From Eledone cirrhosa (Eukaryota): a DNA stretch of 64,000 nt. The translations under genes were made by a program, and so were the position numbers. The stretch lies in the NCBI GenBank assembly GCA_964016885.1, contig CAXHJY010000275.1:263429-327428 (forward strand), read 5' to 3'. Below are positions 38,996 to 50,942 of the stretch, piece by piece. The stretch's first letter is position 1. Each line of letters begins with the position of its first letter. Below the pieces are notes generated by a model that did not search any database, was not told the origin of the DNA, and saw only the letters and a list, made by a program, of their open reading frames with translations.

Positions 38996-39250
38996 CATCA
39001 TCATCATCATCATCATCATTTTACGTTCGCTTTTCCCTGCTTGCAAGGGTGGGACTGGAACTGATTCTGGCTTGGTTTCTACAGCTGGATGCCCTTCCTA
39101 ACACCAACCTCATTTACAGTCATTGCTGGGTGCTTTTTTGCCATGGCACCCCCACGACTACTTTACAGTGGGATGATATTGACCCCAGTCCCTATCATCT
39201 CATTTCTACAGCTGAGTAAACTGGAGCAATGTCAAATAAAGTGTCTTGCT
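38996..39250 (-). mobile_element. 5'-truncated copy of the composite SINE at 16715-17044
   Basis: Same junction sequence and (GAT)n tail. Confidence 0.85.
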
Positions 39251-39254
39251 GAAG

Positions 39255-39299
<45 letters not shown>

Positions 39300-39302
<3 letters not shown>

Positions 39303-42110
39303 TAAACGGAATAGAAAATGCTGACAAATTGTTCACAGTTGAAAAATGGTTTAATTAGGAATAAAAGAGTATTAGTGATTGTATGGGTTAGTATTCAGTT
39401 GTGGTTTTAAGTTTTTAAGTTTTTACCGGTTGCGCATTTCTAAATGCTTTTCAAAAATAATTTTGAGATAGAGTGTCCGTGCTGTTTGCTCTGATCTGAT
39501 TAGTTTTGGGAATTCTACCTGTTTTTATGTTAAAAAAGTGGCTTCAGCGTTACTTTGGTGTTGCAAAATTTCTTGTGGTCAAAACAATTTTGATTGGTCG
39601 GTAGAGGTCATGTGAGTGTAAAAAATTGATTTTGCGCCAAGACTGTTTTTATGTTAAAAAAGTGGCTCCAGCAACAATTCTTGTGGTCAAAACAATTTTG
39701 ATTGGTCGGTAGAGGTCATGTGAATAAAAAATTGGTTTTGCGCCAAGATTGAGAAATGACTCTTTCACAACAAATGTGTGTGTGTGTGTGTAGTAGTAGT
39801 AAGGTGTTCGATGTTGTGATAATGGTTAGCAGTGATGTGTGTCAAATGGCTATTGAGATAAGTGTGTGTGTGTGTGTGTGTAAAGCAGAGTAATTCGTGG
39901 TGGCAGGGATGGTCAGTAAGAATGTATCTGAAAGCAATGGGGGGTATTTTAGCATGTCAAAAGATATTTTTCAGCTTTTGTCTTATACGGAGAAGTGTGC
40001 GTGTATATAAGTCTCTTTGTATATTGATGTATATACGGAGAAGTGCGTGTGTGTGTGTGTGTATATATATGTCTCTTTGTATGTTGATGTACACGTGTGT
40101 ATGTGTGTGTGTATATATATGTGTGTGTGTGTGTGTGTGGGTGGACCAGTATTTTTTTCCCCCTGGTAAAATGGTGTACATTATTCGATTTTTTTCAGTA
40201 AAATCGGTTCTCTTAATAGAACATCAAAAATCTTAACAATAAAAGGTGTGAAATGATATTCACTATATATATATATACACACATACATATATTCACTATA
40301 TACATATATATATATATATATACATATATACACATATATATGCACATATATTTTTTTTGTGTTGCACCATAGAGCATGTGTGTTTACGTATGTCATTGTG
40401 TTTATATGTGGGTAGAGATGTGTGCTGATGTAGGTATGTATGTTGACGTGTGTATGTTGTGGGTTCGTCTTAGGGAGAAGTGTTTAGACGGGGTCCGTAT
40501 TTGTTAATGAAGTAAGATTCCTTGCTGATGCGCTGGGTGTGGGTAGCATTATCTTTAAATTTGTAGAGGGGAAAGATTCTGAAGTTGGGATGATTTTGGG
40601 CGGCACAGGTATCAATGTGTTCACTCAGTGGTATTTTCCTGTATTCCCGTATTTTAATTTGGGATCTATGGACAGTCATGCGTTGGCGGAGGCTGTTTTT
40701 GGTCTGGCCTATGTATTGTTCTCGACAACCTGAACAAGTTAATACATATATTAGATTTTCCGATGCACATGTGAAATTGTGTTTTACTATAAAACGTTGT
40801 CCATCTTTGAAATAGAATTCCGAACCCTCTATTCGGTTGATGCAAATGCCACAGTTGGGTCTATCGCATTTTTTTACTGTGGGTTTCGTTGTTGTGGTTG
40901 GCAGTACTTTGGCATGTGTTAAGATGTTTTTCATTGACTTGGATTGTCTTTTGCTCTTTATGATATCGTGTGTTCGTAGAATTTGGTTCATTCTATGGTC
41001 CTTTTTCAATACAGGGATGTTCTGGAGGATGGTGTCAAAGGCCTCATTGTTGAGGGGGTTGTGTGTGGAGATGTATGGAAGAGCTTTTAGTTTTGGTTGA
41101 TTTACTTTAGGGTGTCTAAGGTCCTGGGTACTGAGTTTTAGGGCACGTTGGATTCCATTGTTAATTAGTGATGCAGGGTAGTCCCTGCCTATGAGTGTGT
41201 CCTTTAGTTCTTGTAGCCGTAAGTAGCAGATGTTTTTGTTGGAGACTATAGTACAGATTCTCTTGGCTAAGTTGTAGGGAATATTAATTTTAACGTGTCT
41301 AGGGTGGCAAGAGTTGAAGGGGAGATATTGCTTGGAGTCTGTGGGCTTGTAGTATATGTCTGTTTCTATTTTTTTGTTATGGATCTTAATGAGGATGTCG
41401 AGGAAGGGGAGTTGTTGATGGCTGTATTCCATCGTGAAGTTAATATTTGTGTTGAGCCCATTTATAAGGGTGTGAAATTCTTTAAGTTTTTCGATGTTTT
41501 CGTGCCAAAAAATGAAGCAGTCATCTAGATATCGCTTCCAGTTCCTTTCAATGTGTAAGTGGAGGGTGTTTCCAAATTTTAGAGGGTGATTTCCAGGTAT
41601 CCCATGACTAGGTTGGCATAAGTGGGGGCTGTTTTCGTTCCCATAGCGGTCCCAGATTTCTGCCTGTAGGGTTTGTTATTGAAAACGAAGTAATTGTTCT
41701 CCAAGATTAATTTGAGTCCCTCTATCACAAATTCTTTTTTGATGCGTTGTGGGAGTTCATTGTGGAAATTATCCAGCCAGAATTGGATAGCTTCTATTCC
41801 TAGGTTGTGGGGGATGTTGGAGTATAGGTTGACTACATCGAACGTCACTAGTAGGGTTTGTTCAGGGAGTGGCATATTAGGGAGGTGATTGAGCATATCT
41901 AGGTCGTCCCTTATATAGCTTTTGATGTGTTTGAGAAAAGGCTTGAGAAGGGTATCAATGAAGTTGCTAAGACGGTGCGTTTCGCAAGCGGGGCCTGCTA
42001 TTATAGGTCTTAATTTGAGATCATTGGGTGAGGGGACATTGATGACTATGTCTGTGGCTTCCTTGCATGCCTTACTTATTGATTCGCTTTTATGTACTTT
42101 AGGGATACAT
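39300..42110 (-). mobile_element. Penelope-like element (RT + GIY-YIG endonuclease), 5'-truncated
   Basis: PKVHK, RPIIAG, FDVVNLYSNIP, GTAMG, WKRYLDD, PFLDI, YYKPT, SCHP, CDRPNCGIC, NLIYVLTC..YIGQT. Confidence 0.93.
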
Positions 42111-42254
42111 AAAAGCGAATTTTGTCATCTCACCGACATAACCACTTTACAGTGGGGACTGGGCACTTTTGTCTTGGATCTAGGGATGGGGAAGGAAGCT
42201 TGGGTAATTTGTGGACATAGGTAATAGGAGAGGGGTGGTTACCGCAAAGGGAGG

Positions 42255-44830
42255 TGTAGCATGGAGGCTTCATTCATTTCTTTCTAATCTTTGCAGGTTT
42301 TCAGCACACAGTACCCAGGTCTCGCTGCTGTGCAACATTGCTGTTCATATACATCCATCTTTCAGTCTTCCTTTCATTTTAAGAGAAAAACCTTTTGTAG
42401 TTAGTAACGGTAGTAGCTCCCTGAACTTTCTCCAACCTGATCTCACTCTGGTTCCTGTGCTTTCAGAACACCCTCCCCCACTACTTGTTTTGTCACCCAG
42501 GTAATGGAAACTAACTACTACTTCAACTCAGCTATCTGAGCATTTGAAGGTGATTGTATCCTGAGGGTTCTTGCTACTTACTGCCCTATGCACCGGCCAA
42601 AAGTAAAACCTACATTCTTTGTTTGCCTGCCTGAGATCCTATTACATCTCTTGTGTACCCATTGCTTGCGTTTAGTACATAGAATGGAGTTTCTACCTAC
42701 TCCTCTTTTGCACACTGAGCAGGGCCTTTTCCCAGAGGAGATCTGGCCCCTGTTTTCCCTTCTACTTAATAGGACTTTAGTCTTTGCCTGGTTGACTTTA
42801 AGACTTTTAGATTCTAGGCCTTGCTTCCAGGTTTGGAATTTCATTTTTAGTTCAGATATAGATTCGGCTATACAGCTTAGGTCCTCAGCATACAGAAGTT
42901 CCCATGGGCAGCCGGTCTTAAACTCCTCCGTTATTTCCTGCAGAATGATAATAAAACTTGAGAGGGCTAAGAACAGAGCTCTGATTGACACCAGCCTGCA
43001 CTCTAAATTCTTCACTGTAGTCATTGTTAATTCTGACCTTACTTCTATACATTGCTTGAATTGCCCTCACAAGCCATTCATCAACTGCTAGTTTCCTAAG
43101 AGCCCACCAGATAATGGAACGGGGCACTCTATCAAAAGCTTTCTCAAGGTCGATAAAAGCCAAGCAGAAGGGCTTACTCTTAGCTAGGTACTTTTCCTAC
43201 AGTTGTCTTACAAGGAAGAGGGCATCTGTGGTACTCTTACCTGGGACAAATCCAAACTGCATCTCATCTATGTTCTCTAATCAGCTGAGCTAAGACTTTT
43301 CAGTGACCTTCATAACCTGGTCAACCAACATAATGTCTCTATAGTTTTATCTATCTAGGGCATCTCCTTTGCCCTTGTAGCAGTTTACAAGGATGCTGCT
43401 AGACCAGTCATTGGATATGACACCATTTTATATGACTTGGTTTACAATGCGGGAGACTATGGTGTGGCCCACCATACCTGAAGTTTTCAGCATCTCAGCA
43501 ACTATCCCTGAGGGACCAACTACCCTGCCTGACTTCATATCCTTGATTACCTTACTTACTATACTACCGCTAACTTGTACAGCCGGTTCCTCTGTTGGGT
43601 CAACATGTGTCAGACTGTCTTTATCCCATACATTCTCCTCATTCAGTAATCTTTCATAGTGGAACTTCCAAGCTACCTTCTATTCAGCGTCAGTGAGGGC
43701 AAGTTCACCAGAATCATTTCGGATGCACTTCTCTCCACCGACATAATAATTTTCCCTGACATACTGTTTAGCAATTCTTAACACCTCACACCTTTGATCC
43801 TCACCCTGCAAAACATGCTTAAATTTTTTGTTTTCTGCTTCCCTTCTAGTAAGGTAAACTTGTTGCCTAGCCTTCTGTTAAACTTCCCTGCTACGCCAAC
43901 CTTTGCAAGCCTGTCTTTTGGCCTTAATTGTCTTATCTACTTTACTATTCCACCATCAAGTCACTCTCCATCTCCCTAGAGACCTACTCCAACCAGAGAT
44001 TTCATCCATTGCTTTCAGTAGGTTATCTTTCAGGAACTCCCACTGCTCCTCTATATTGTATGTCTCTATTTGCTCTTCCTTGCTGTCGAAAGCGTCAGTC
44101 TACATACTTCTATATTTGTCACTGTTTGATGGGTCTTTTAACTTCCATACTCATCTCCTCTAGGTTGGCTTCTGTTGTCGAGTTCTTCTAGCCCTGAATA
44201 TAAGGTCACTAACTACTAAGTTATGTTGGGAGGTGCATTATTCACTGAGGAGGGACTTTGTTCTCCTAACAGTCACTCTGTCTCGTCTTCTAGTAACAAT
44301 GAAATCAATTGGCTGGCTGATCTATGTGATTAGGTGGCTGTCTTGTTTTCAGAAGTTCGTGTTATAGATAAATAGGTCATTTGTGTCGCGGAATTACTCG
44401 TTTCTAGTGCCGTACCCGTAACCCCTGTGGATCACATCAAAACCCTTGCAGAGTTGTCCCACATGTCCGTCAAAGTCACCTGCAATGATTAGCAAGTCAT
44501 TGTCATTTATTTGGGTGGTAGTGAGCATTAGGGACTCATAGAACCTGTCTTTTTGTATGTCTAGGAGTCCAGATTGAGGAGTGTAAGCAGATATAATTGT
44601 CGTGGTTGTTCTATTTAGTACAACTCTAAGTTTAATTATTCTGTCATTTATTTTATTTACCCACTTTTCTGCTACCAAAATCCCTACTCCACCCAGCCTG
44701 TCGTCATTTCTCACCCAGAAAAATTTGTAGCATTGTTTTTTTGCCTACGAGGAATCGAGCTGACGTACGTTTCCTTCTAGTCTCTTGTACACATCTCTGC
44801 AATCTCTCTAGATCTACCTTATGCCAATGT
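42255..44830 (-). mobile_element. Degenerate RTE LINE (endonuclease to RT C-terminus)
   Basis: ORF fragments 44394..44714, 42918..43163 and 42578..43024 homologous to families A/B. Confidence 0.9.
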
Positions 44831-45219
44831 TGATGGTGTCATATATATAGAGAGAGACTAAATATTTATTATTTGAACAGATTGTAAGTTTAAGCACAGA
44901 ATTTTATATATACCACTGCTCACTCTCCTCTATCTCTCTATTTCTTATTTAATTTCTTATTCTATTTTCTGATGAAGTACTAGCATCCAAAATGTTAAGA
45001 CTTTTCCTACTATATTAAGTCTGAAGCTAAATAATATATATCTTCATTGCGCTTCGTCTATTGTGTTTTTTTCCATTTACTTTTCACATGACCAATCTTG
45101 CCTCAAGTGGACAAACCCATCCTACCCATGCTAGGATGGAAGTTGGATGTTGAACAATGACAATGATGACGTTTCCTTGGTCCGATTTGACGAAAGTCGA
45201 TTGACCATTGTTATATATA

Positions 45220-45722
45220 TGTGATGCGTATGAAGGATGACAGCTGCATAATAAGATGTAGAGCACTAAAAGTCGATGGAAGTCGCGGAGTGGATAGCCC
45301 CAAGAAGACCTGCGATGGGGTTATGGAAGCCGACCTTGCCCCATTGCGCCTCTCGGAGGTGATGACACACGACCGTGACCTCTGGCATCATGCAGTAATA
45401 CAGAAGACCTTCCCCCCTCCCCTTCCCCACGGGTACAAGCCGACACTGAAGCATATAGACAATATGCCTCCCCCCACTGCAAAATGGTCGTGGAGGTACC
45501 ACAGCAAAAAAAAAGTGGACGTGGAGGCGCCACGGAAAAAAAGCAGCCAGCACTCACTGTAAATGAGGTTGGTGTTAGGAAGGGCATCCAGCTGTAGAAA
45601 TCAAGCCAGTATCAGTTCTCGTATGAGCAAGACAAGGTCAGCCAACCGGATACTGCCTAAAACAGGACAACCCATCTAACCCATGCTAGCGTGGAAGAAC
45701 GGACGTAAAACGGTGGTGATGA

Positions 45723-45726
<4 letters not shown>
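45220..45726 (+). mobile_element. RTE family A 3' fragment flanked by (TA)n
   Basis: MRMKDDSC..DRDLW, 3' UTR and (GAT)n tail homologous to 27015-27529. Confidence 0.9.
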
Positions 45727-45764
<38 letters not shown>

Positions 45765-45800
45765 TCGCCTGTCTTCTAGTCCACCAGTCGCAAGCGGTGG

Positions 45801-45858
45801 GAGGGACCGTCCTAAGGATGGCCAGTTAAGCCTGAAATGCATAGACGGTTGTCCCCCT
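45801..45858 (+). ncRNA. Type I hammerhead ribozyme-like motif (G5A core variant)
   Basis: ACCGTC-CTAAGGA-TGGC..GCCT-GAAA-TGCA-TA-GACGGT; stems I and II pair; palindromic ATGCAT stem III. Confidence 0.6.
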
Positions 45859-45980
45859 CGCTTCTGCTGGACATCACCAGAGGGCGTTAGCCACAGCCCC
45901 CATTCTTTTGCATAGCTACAGCTTTCTAAAACCGTATTTCTTTGGAAATACGAAATTATTATACATAATATATATATATA

Positions 45981-46040
<60 letters not shown>

Positions 46041-46041
46041 C

Positions 46042-46359
46042 GAGGTATAAGTCAACACTTTATAATTTACTTGTTTCATTACCGTTATATATATTTTGGT
46101 GATAGTCACAATTCAACAGCTATGACTTCTTCAGATAGTTAGAAGCAACAAATAAAAAACATAAAAAACAAAGTTTTTCGTGGAGAAAAAATGATATATT
46201 GTCAGTTGTTGATATCATTTTTTTCTCTAAGAAAAACTTTGTTTTTTATGTTTTCTATTTGTTGCTTCTGTCTGAAGAGGTCATAGCTGTTGTGGCTATC
46301 ACTGAAATATATATAACGGCAATGAAAGAAGTAAATTATGAAATATTGACTTATACCTC
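46042..46359. repeat. ~155-bp-arm inverted repeat (Penelope-type inverted pLTR-like)
   Basis: 46042-46197 is the reverse complement of 46212-46359, with mismatches. Confidence 0.9.
46261..46323 (+). ncRNA. Type I hammerhead ribozyme-like motif, intact core
   Basis: TTGC..TGT-CTGAAGA-GGTCATAGC..GCTATCACT-GAAA-TATATA-TA-ACG-GCAA. Confidence 0.6.
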
Positions 46360-46539
46360 TTGTTTATAAATTTATTCCAGAGTTAACAGAACCTATTGTG
46401 GACTTTATTGACTGCTCTACCCTGCATACTAGAGTGTTGGTGTTAAACTAATACATAATCTGATTAATTATATATATATAGTTGAAAATGAACAAACAAA
46501 ACACAGGAGGCAATCGTACACAGTTATATTAGGAGGAGG

Positions 46540-46576
46540 TTTTGACGTTTCGGACAGAAGTCCTTTATCAGGAAAG
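46540..46576 (-). ncRNA. Minimal hammerhead-like motif (G8A variant)
   Basis: Minus strand TTTC-CTGATAA-AGGAC-TTCT-GTCC-GAAAC-GTC-AAAA. Confidence 0.55.
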
Positions 46577-46729
46577 TTCAGATAGAGGGAGAACAGAAAC
46601 TCCAAGGAAGAGTAAGGGAGGATTATATATATATATATATATCCTCACCATCATCATCATTTAACGTCCACTTTCCACACTAACATGCGTTATGGCCAGT
46701 TTTTCATTAACTTTTTTTTTATTTTACAG

Positions 46730-46970
46730 CTGACAGATCGCCAAGTGTTATGGGCATCAATTGAAGTAGCTATACTTGCCTTAATATTTGTCGTCTGCCT
46801 TAGAAAGAGACAGCCCTCTTTACCACCCAATCTGGTAGCAAAAGTTTTAGATGATCTCCTTCGAACCCAACATTTTTCTCCCAATCGAAGACGTAATTCA
46901 GAATCCAATGTCAAGCAGCCTTCCATAAGTCACTGTGAGGTGGTTCGACAAAAAAGTGCAGATGACCTCA
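46730..46970 (+). CDS. SUCO: SUCO exon with transmembrane helix (LTDRQVLWASIEVAILALIFVVCLRKRQ...)
   Basis: ttttacAG acceptor, A|GTAAGT donor; DRQ followed by a hydrophobic helix and basic stop-transfer residues as in SUCO. Confidence 0.88.
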
Positions 46971-47213
46971 GTAAGTTGTTTTAATTCTTCACTCTAGATT
47001 TTTGTATTGGAGGAGGGGCGTTCCCCCCAATTAAAAACACATGCTCTTGTTGACCATTTACTAAGTTTGTCAAAGATTATTTTGTCTCACTATTGCAACC
47101 TTATCAATGCCCTATCAATTGCCAGACATTGATAGGGTCACAGTAATGTGGCAAAAAAAAAATTTGACAAACTGAGTGAAGTATATACTCAATCTATTAT
47201 CTCTTTGTTTCAG

Positions 47214-47269
47214 TTCATCCAAAATCTGTGCATATTGTGGAACCTACGACACCTTTCTTGCTTGGACAG
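47214..47269 (+). CDS. SUCO: SUCO small exon (IHPKSVHIVEPTTPFLLGQ)
   Basis: tttcAG acceptor, CAG|GTAAAT donor, phase 1 in / 0 out; IVEP motif precedes the Lys-rich stretch as in vertebrate SUCO. Confidence 0.8.
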
Positions 47270-47725
47270 GTAAATTATCTTTATTTACAAACATAGAAAC
47301 ATTGGAATATGAAATAAAACTTTAAATTTGAATAGCACACAAGAAATTTCATATGTTAATGATAATATGGTGCCCCTACAACTCCTTCTGGAGTTATGTG
47401 TCCATACCGTACTATACAGTTCATTGCCATATTATGTAACTGAAAAGGCCTGTTTTAAAAGTAGACTTACATGCTCAGTACAAAAATCTGAATATAAATC
47501 AAGCCCACAAAGGATACTTTACATGTCTCAAATTACACCTAGCTGTCTTTAAAAAGGCAGGAATACATTGGATAATGTGGTTCACTTTGTGAAGAAAGAA
47601 GGGGGGAGGGGGTCAATATGGTTACAACTGGAATAGGTTTGATCGTGTTTCTATTTGATCAGGATTGGCTTGTGACAAAACAACAACAATCAAAACTTGT
47701 GGTCATAATAAAATAAGACCACATC

Positions 47726-47926
47726 TTAACCCTTTAGCATTCACATCACTCTATATATACTATTATATTTCTACGGTAAAGCCTTTACTTCACATAATAT
47801 CGAATCTATGAGATTTTGAGAAGAATACCTTAATGTCGGTATGAGTGGCCAGTTACTGCCTGTTTGAACAGAAATAAGTGAGAGAATTGTGGCTGGATAC
47901 GGCCTGTTTAAATGCTTAAGGGTTAA
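47726..47926 (-). mobile_element. Intact 201-bp TTAA-flanked piggyBac-type MITE
   Basis: TTAA-CCCTTTAGCATT ... AATGCTTAAGGG-TTAA TIRs; contains one unit of the 36 kb minisatellite. Confidence 0.88.
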
Positions 47927-48604
47927 ATATTTTAGAAATCTTGATTACTATTCTTATTTCAAGTAAACCATATCACACTTATCATAGTGTAGTTTCTCAG
48001 AATAACTACCATACATACAATAGTCAATCTTATGTAATAGTCGACCCCATAAATTTAACCTTAAAAATTTGATTTACACGAGTATATACAGTAATCAATA
48101 TAAAACTTAGTTATAAGACATCTTTATATAAACTAGAATAAAATTTAGGGTTAAAATTTACTGGGTTATTTAATGTGGGTTGGAGGAAACTTTTAATTCC
48201 TTAGCCTACAACTTATTTCTCTCTTGCAACCCTGTAAGCTTATACCTGAAGCAGATTTTTAAGACAAACAAAAAAAATACCTTCCATGGATAAACAGATC
48301 TCGATACCAGCCTGAAGGTTTGGAACAGACTTAAGCTAATTTCTAAAAAGGTTTTAGCACAAAATACTTAAAATCTATTTAACATACTGTACTCTTAAGA
48401 ATATAATGTTTTAATACAATGTGAAAATTTTGTTAAACAACAAATAAATAGTGAAATAAAGCAAAGATGAATCAGTTTAAAATATAACTTCACTGAAAAT
48501 TGATCATAAATATCTGGAAAGTGTTGCAACCAGTAATTAGCTGATGCCACTTAGCTAGCTTCAAATAATTTGGGAAAATATTCTGTCATATATTACTAAA
48601 GCTT

Positions 48605-48850
48605 CGAGGAGCCTAGCCTAATGGTTAAGGTGTTGCACTTATGATTATTTAATGCTGTGGGTTTGATTTCTGGACTAGGTGACAAGTTGTGTTCTGAAAA
48701 TGAGTACCAGCAATAGCTGGGGTTACCTTGGCAATGAACTGGCATAGTGTCCAAAGGGAAGTCGTGTTCTCTCAGTCACTTAACAACAATGAAAAAATGA
48801 AACCAGGGATAAGCACCAGCCTGATGGCTTGGAACAGACTTAAACTTTTA
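48605..48850 (+). mobile_element. Degenerate tRNA-derived SINE (Meta-domain-like)
   Basis: TAGCCTAATGG / GGTTTGATTTC boxes; AAATGAGTACCAG and GAAACCAGGGATAAGCACCAGCCTGATG motifs. Confidence 0.55.
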
Positions 48851-48884
48851 ATTACTATGGCATTGGTGTATTTTCACTGCAGGG

Positions 48885-49345
48885 GAATGCTTGCGTAGAT
48901 TAGAAAGAAACAAAGCTTGCATGTACCGATGAATGTGTAATAGTAATATACTTGAACGGCAAAGCATAAATGAATTGAGACAGAGACTGAGCATAAGTAG
49001 AATCAAATGCTATGTGCAGGAGAGCCCGTGACCTCTGGCGTCACGCAGTAATACAGAAGACCCGACCCCCCACGAGTACAAGCCAAAGCTGAAGCATACA
49101 GACAATATGCCCCCTCACCCTCCCACTGCAAAGTGGTGGTGTAGGCGCCATGGGAAAAAAAGCACCCAGCACTCACTGTAAATGAGGTTGGTGTTAGGAA
49201 GGGCATCCAGCTGTAGAAATCAAGCCAAATCAGTTCCTGTATGAGCAAGACAAGGTCAGCCGACCTGGCACTGCCTGCAACAGGTCAACCCATCTAACCC
49301 ATGTTAATGTGGAAGAATGTATGTAAAACAGTGATGATGATGATA
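48885..49345 (+). mobile_element. RTE family A 3' fragment with internal deletion
   Basis: LRRLERNKACM..., 3' UTR, (GAT)n tail then (TA)n. Confidence 0.85.
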
Positions 49346-49527
49346 TATATATATAAACTTCTGTGTAGTTCTGTCAGTGAAATTCCACATTAATATTTCT
49401 GATGTCAGAAGCAGTTAAATTGAAAAAGTATAATGTCTCTACCATCTGTAGTAAAACTGAAATATTTTCTGTGAATATTTTCAATATACTGAAAAAGAAC
49501 ACTTTCAATTTCATCTTCACAACTATC

Positions 49528-50942
49528 ATCCTTAGCCCCCTCCTGTTTATTATTGCCCTTCGGGCTATAACAGAGGAGTTTAAGACCAGCTGCCCATGGG
49601 AACTTCTATATGCAGATGATCTAACCCTCATAGCTGAATCTATGGCTGAACTAGAGAAAAAATTCCAAACATGGAAGCATGGCCTAGAATCAAAAGGCCT
49701 TAAAGTTAACTTGTCTAAGACTAAAGTTCTAGTATGTAGAAAGGAAAATAGGGCACAGGCACCCTCTGGGAAATGGCCATGCTCAGTGTGTAGGAAAGGA
49801 GTAGGTAGAAATTCCATTCTATGCCCCAAATGCAAACTATGAGTACATAAAAGATGTAGTGGCCTCATAGGTAATCTATTTAAGAATTTATATGTGGTCA
49901 GTGCTCAGGTGCAATAAGTAACAAGTGCCCACAGGATACTAGCTCCTTCCATTGCCCAGAAGGTTCTATAGAAATAGTGGACACCTTCCGTTACCAGGGT
50001 GACAAAATCAGCAGTGGTGGAGGGTGCTCAGAAAGTACAGTAGCCAGAGTTAGAACGGGGTGGAAAAAGTTCAGAGAGCTAATACCATTATTGGCTGCTA
50101 AAGGTTTCTCTCTAAAAATGAAAGGCAGATTGTATGATGCCTGCATACGAACAGTGATGTTACATGGCAGTGAGACATGGGCCTTGTGTGCAGAGGACCT
50201 GCGTAGACTGGAAAGGAACGAAGCATGCATGCTCCGTTGGATGTAATAGTAATATACATAAACAGCAAAACATTACCGAACTGAGAAATTAGGAATAAGA
50301 GGGATCAGATGCTGTTTACTCGAGAGAAGACTACGTTGGTATGGTCACGTGATGCGCATGAAAGACGACAGCTGTATAAAAAAGTGCAGGGTGATGAAAT
50401 TGATGGTAGTTACGGAGTAGGTAGACCCAGAAAAACCTGGGACGATTTGATAAATTCCGACCTTACACACTTTCACCTCTCTAAGACAATGTCACTGGAT
50501 CGAGATCTTTGGCCCCACGCAGTAATACAGAAGACCCGCCTTGCCTACGTTCAAAGTCAACCTACAGTCAGTAGGCACCTCTTAACCAAATATAGATCCC
50601 AATCCACTACCCATACTCCATCCTCGCACTCCCACCAACACCACCCCTTTCTCTGTAAAGTTATGTTGATACCACAACATCCAGTCCAAACTAAAGGGGT
50701 CATGTAGGTTTCACGACAAAAAAACACCCAGCCCATGCTGTAAAGTGCTCGTGTAGGAGACACGGTAAAAAGGCTCCCAGTCCACACTGTAAATGTGTTT
50801 AGTGTTAGGAAGGGCATCCAGCCATAGAAAACCTGCCTGATACAGTCTTACGTGAGAGAGACACGGTCACCCGAGCAATCTTACCTCAAGTGGGACAATT
50901 CCCGTCTAACCCATGCTACGACGTTAAACAATGATGAGGATG
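49528..50942 (+). mobile_element. 5'-truncated degenerate RTE family B
   Basis: LSPLLF..LYADD..HGSETWAL..GRPRKTWDDLINSDLT; closely similar to 28091-29125. Confidence 0.9.
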
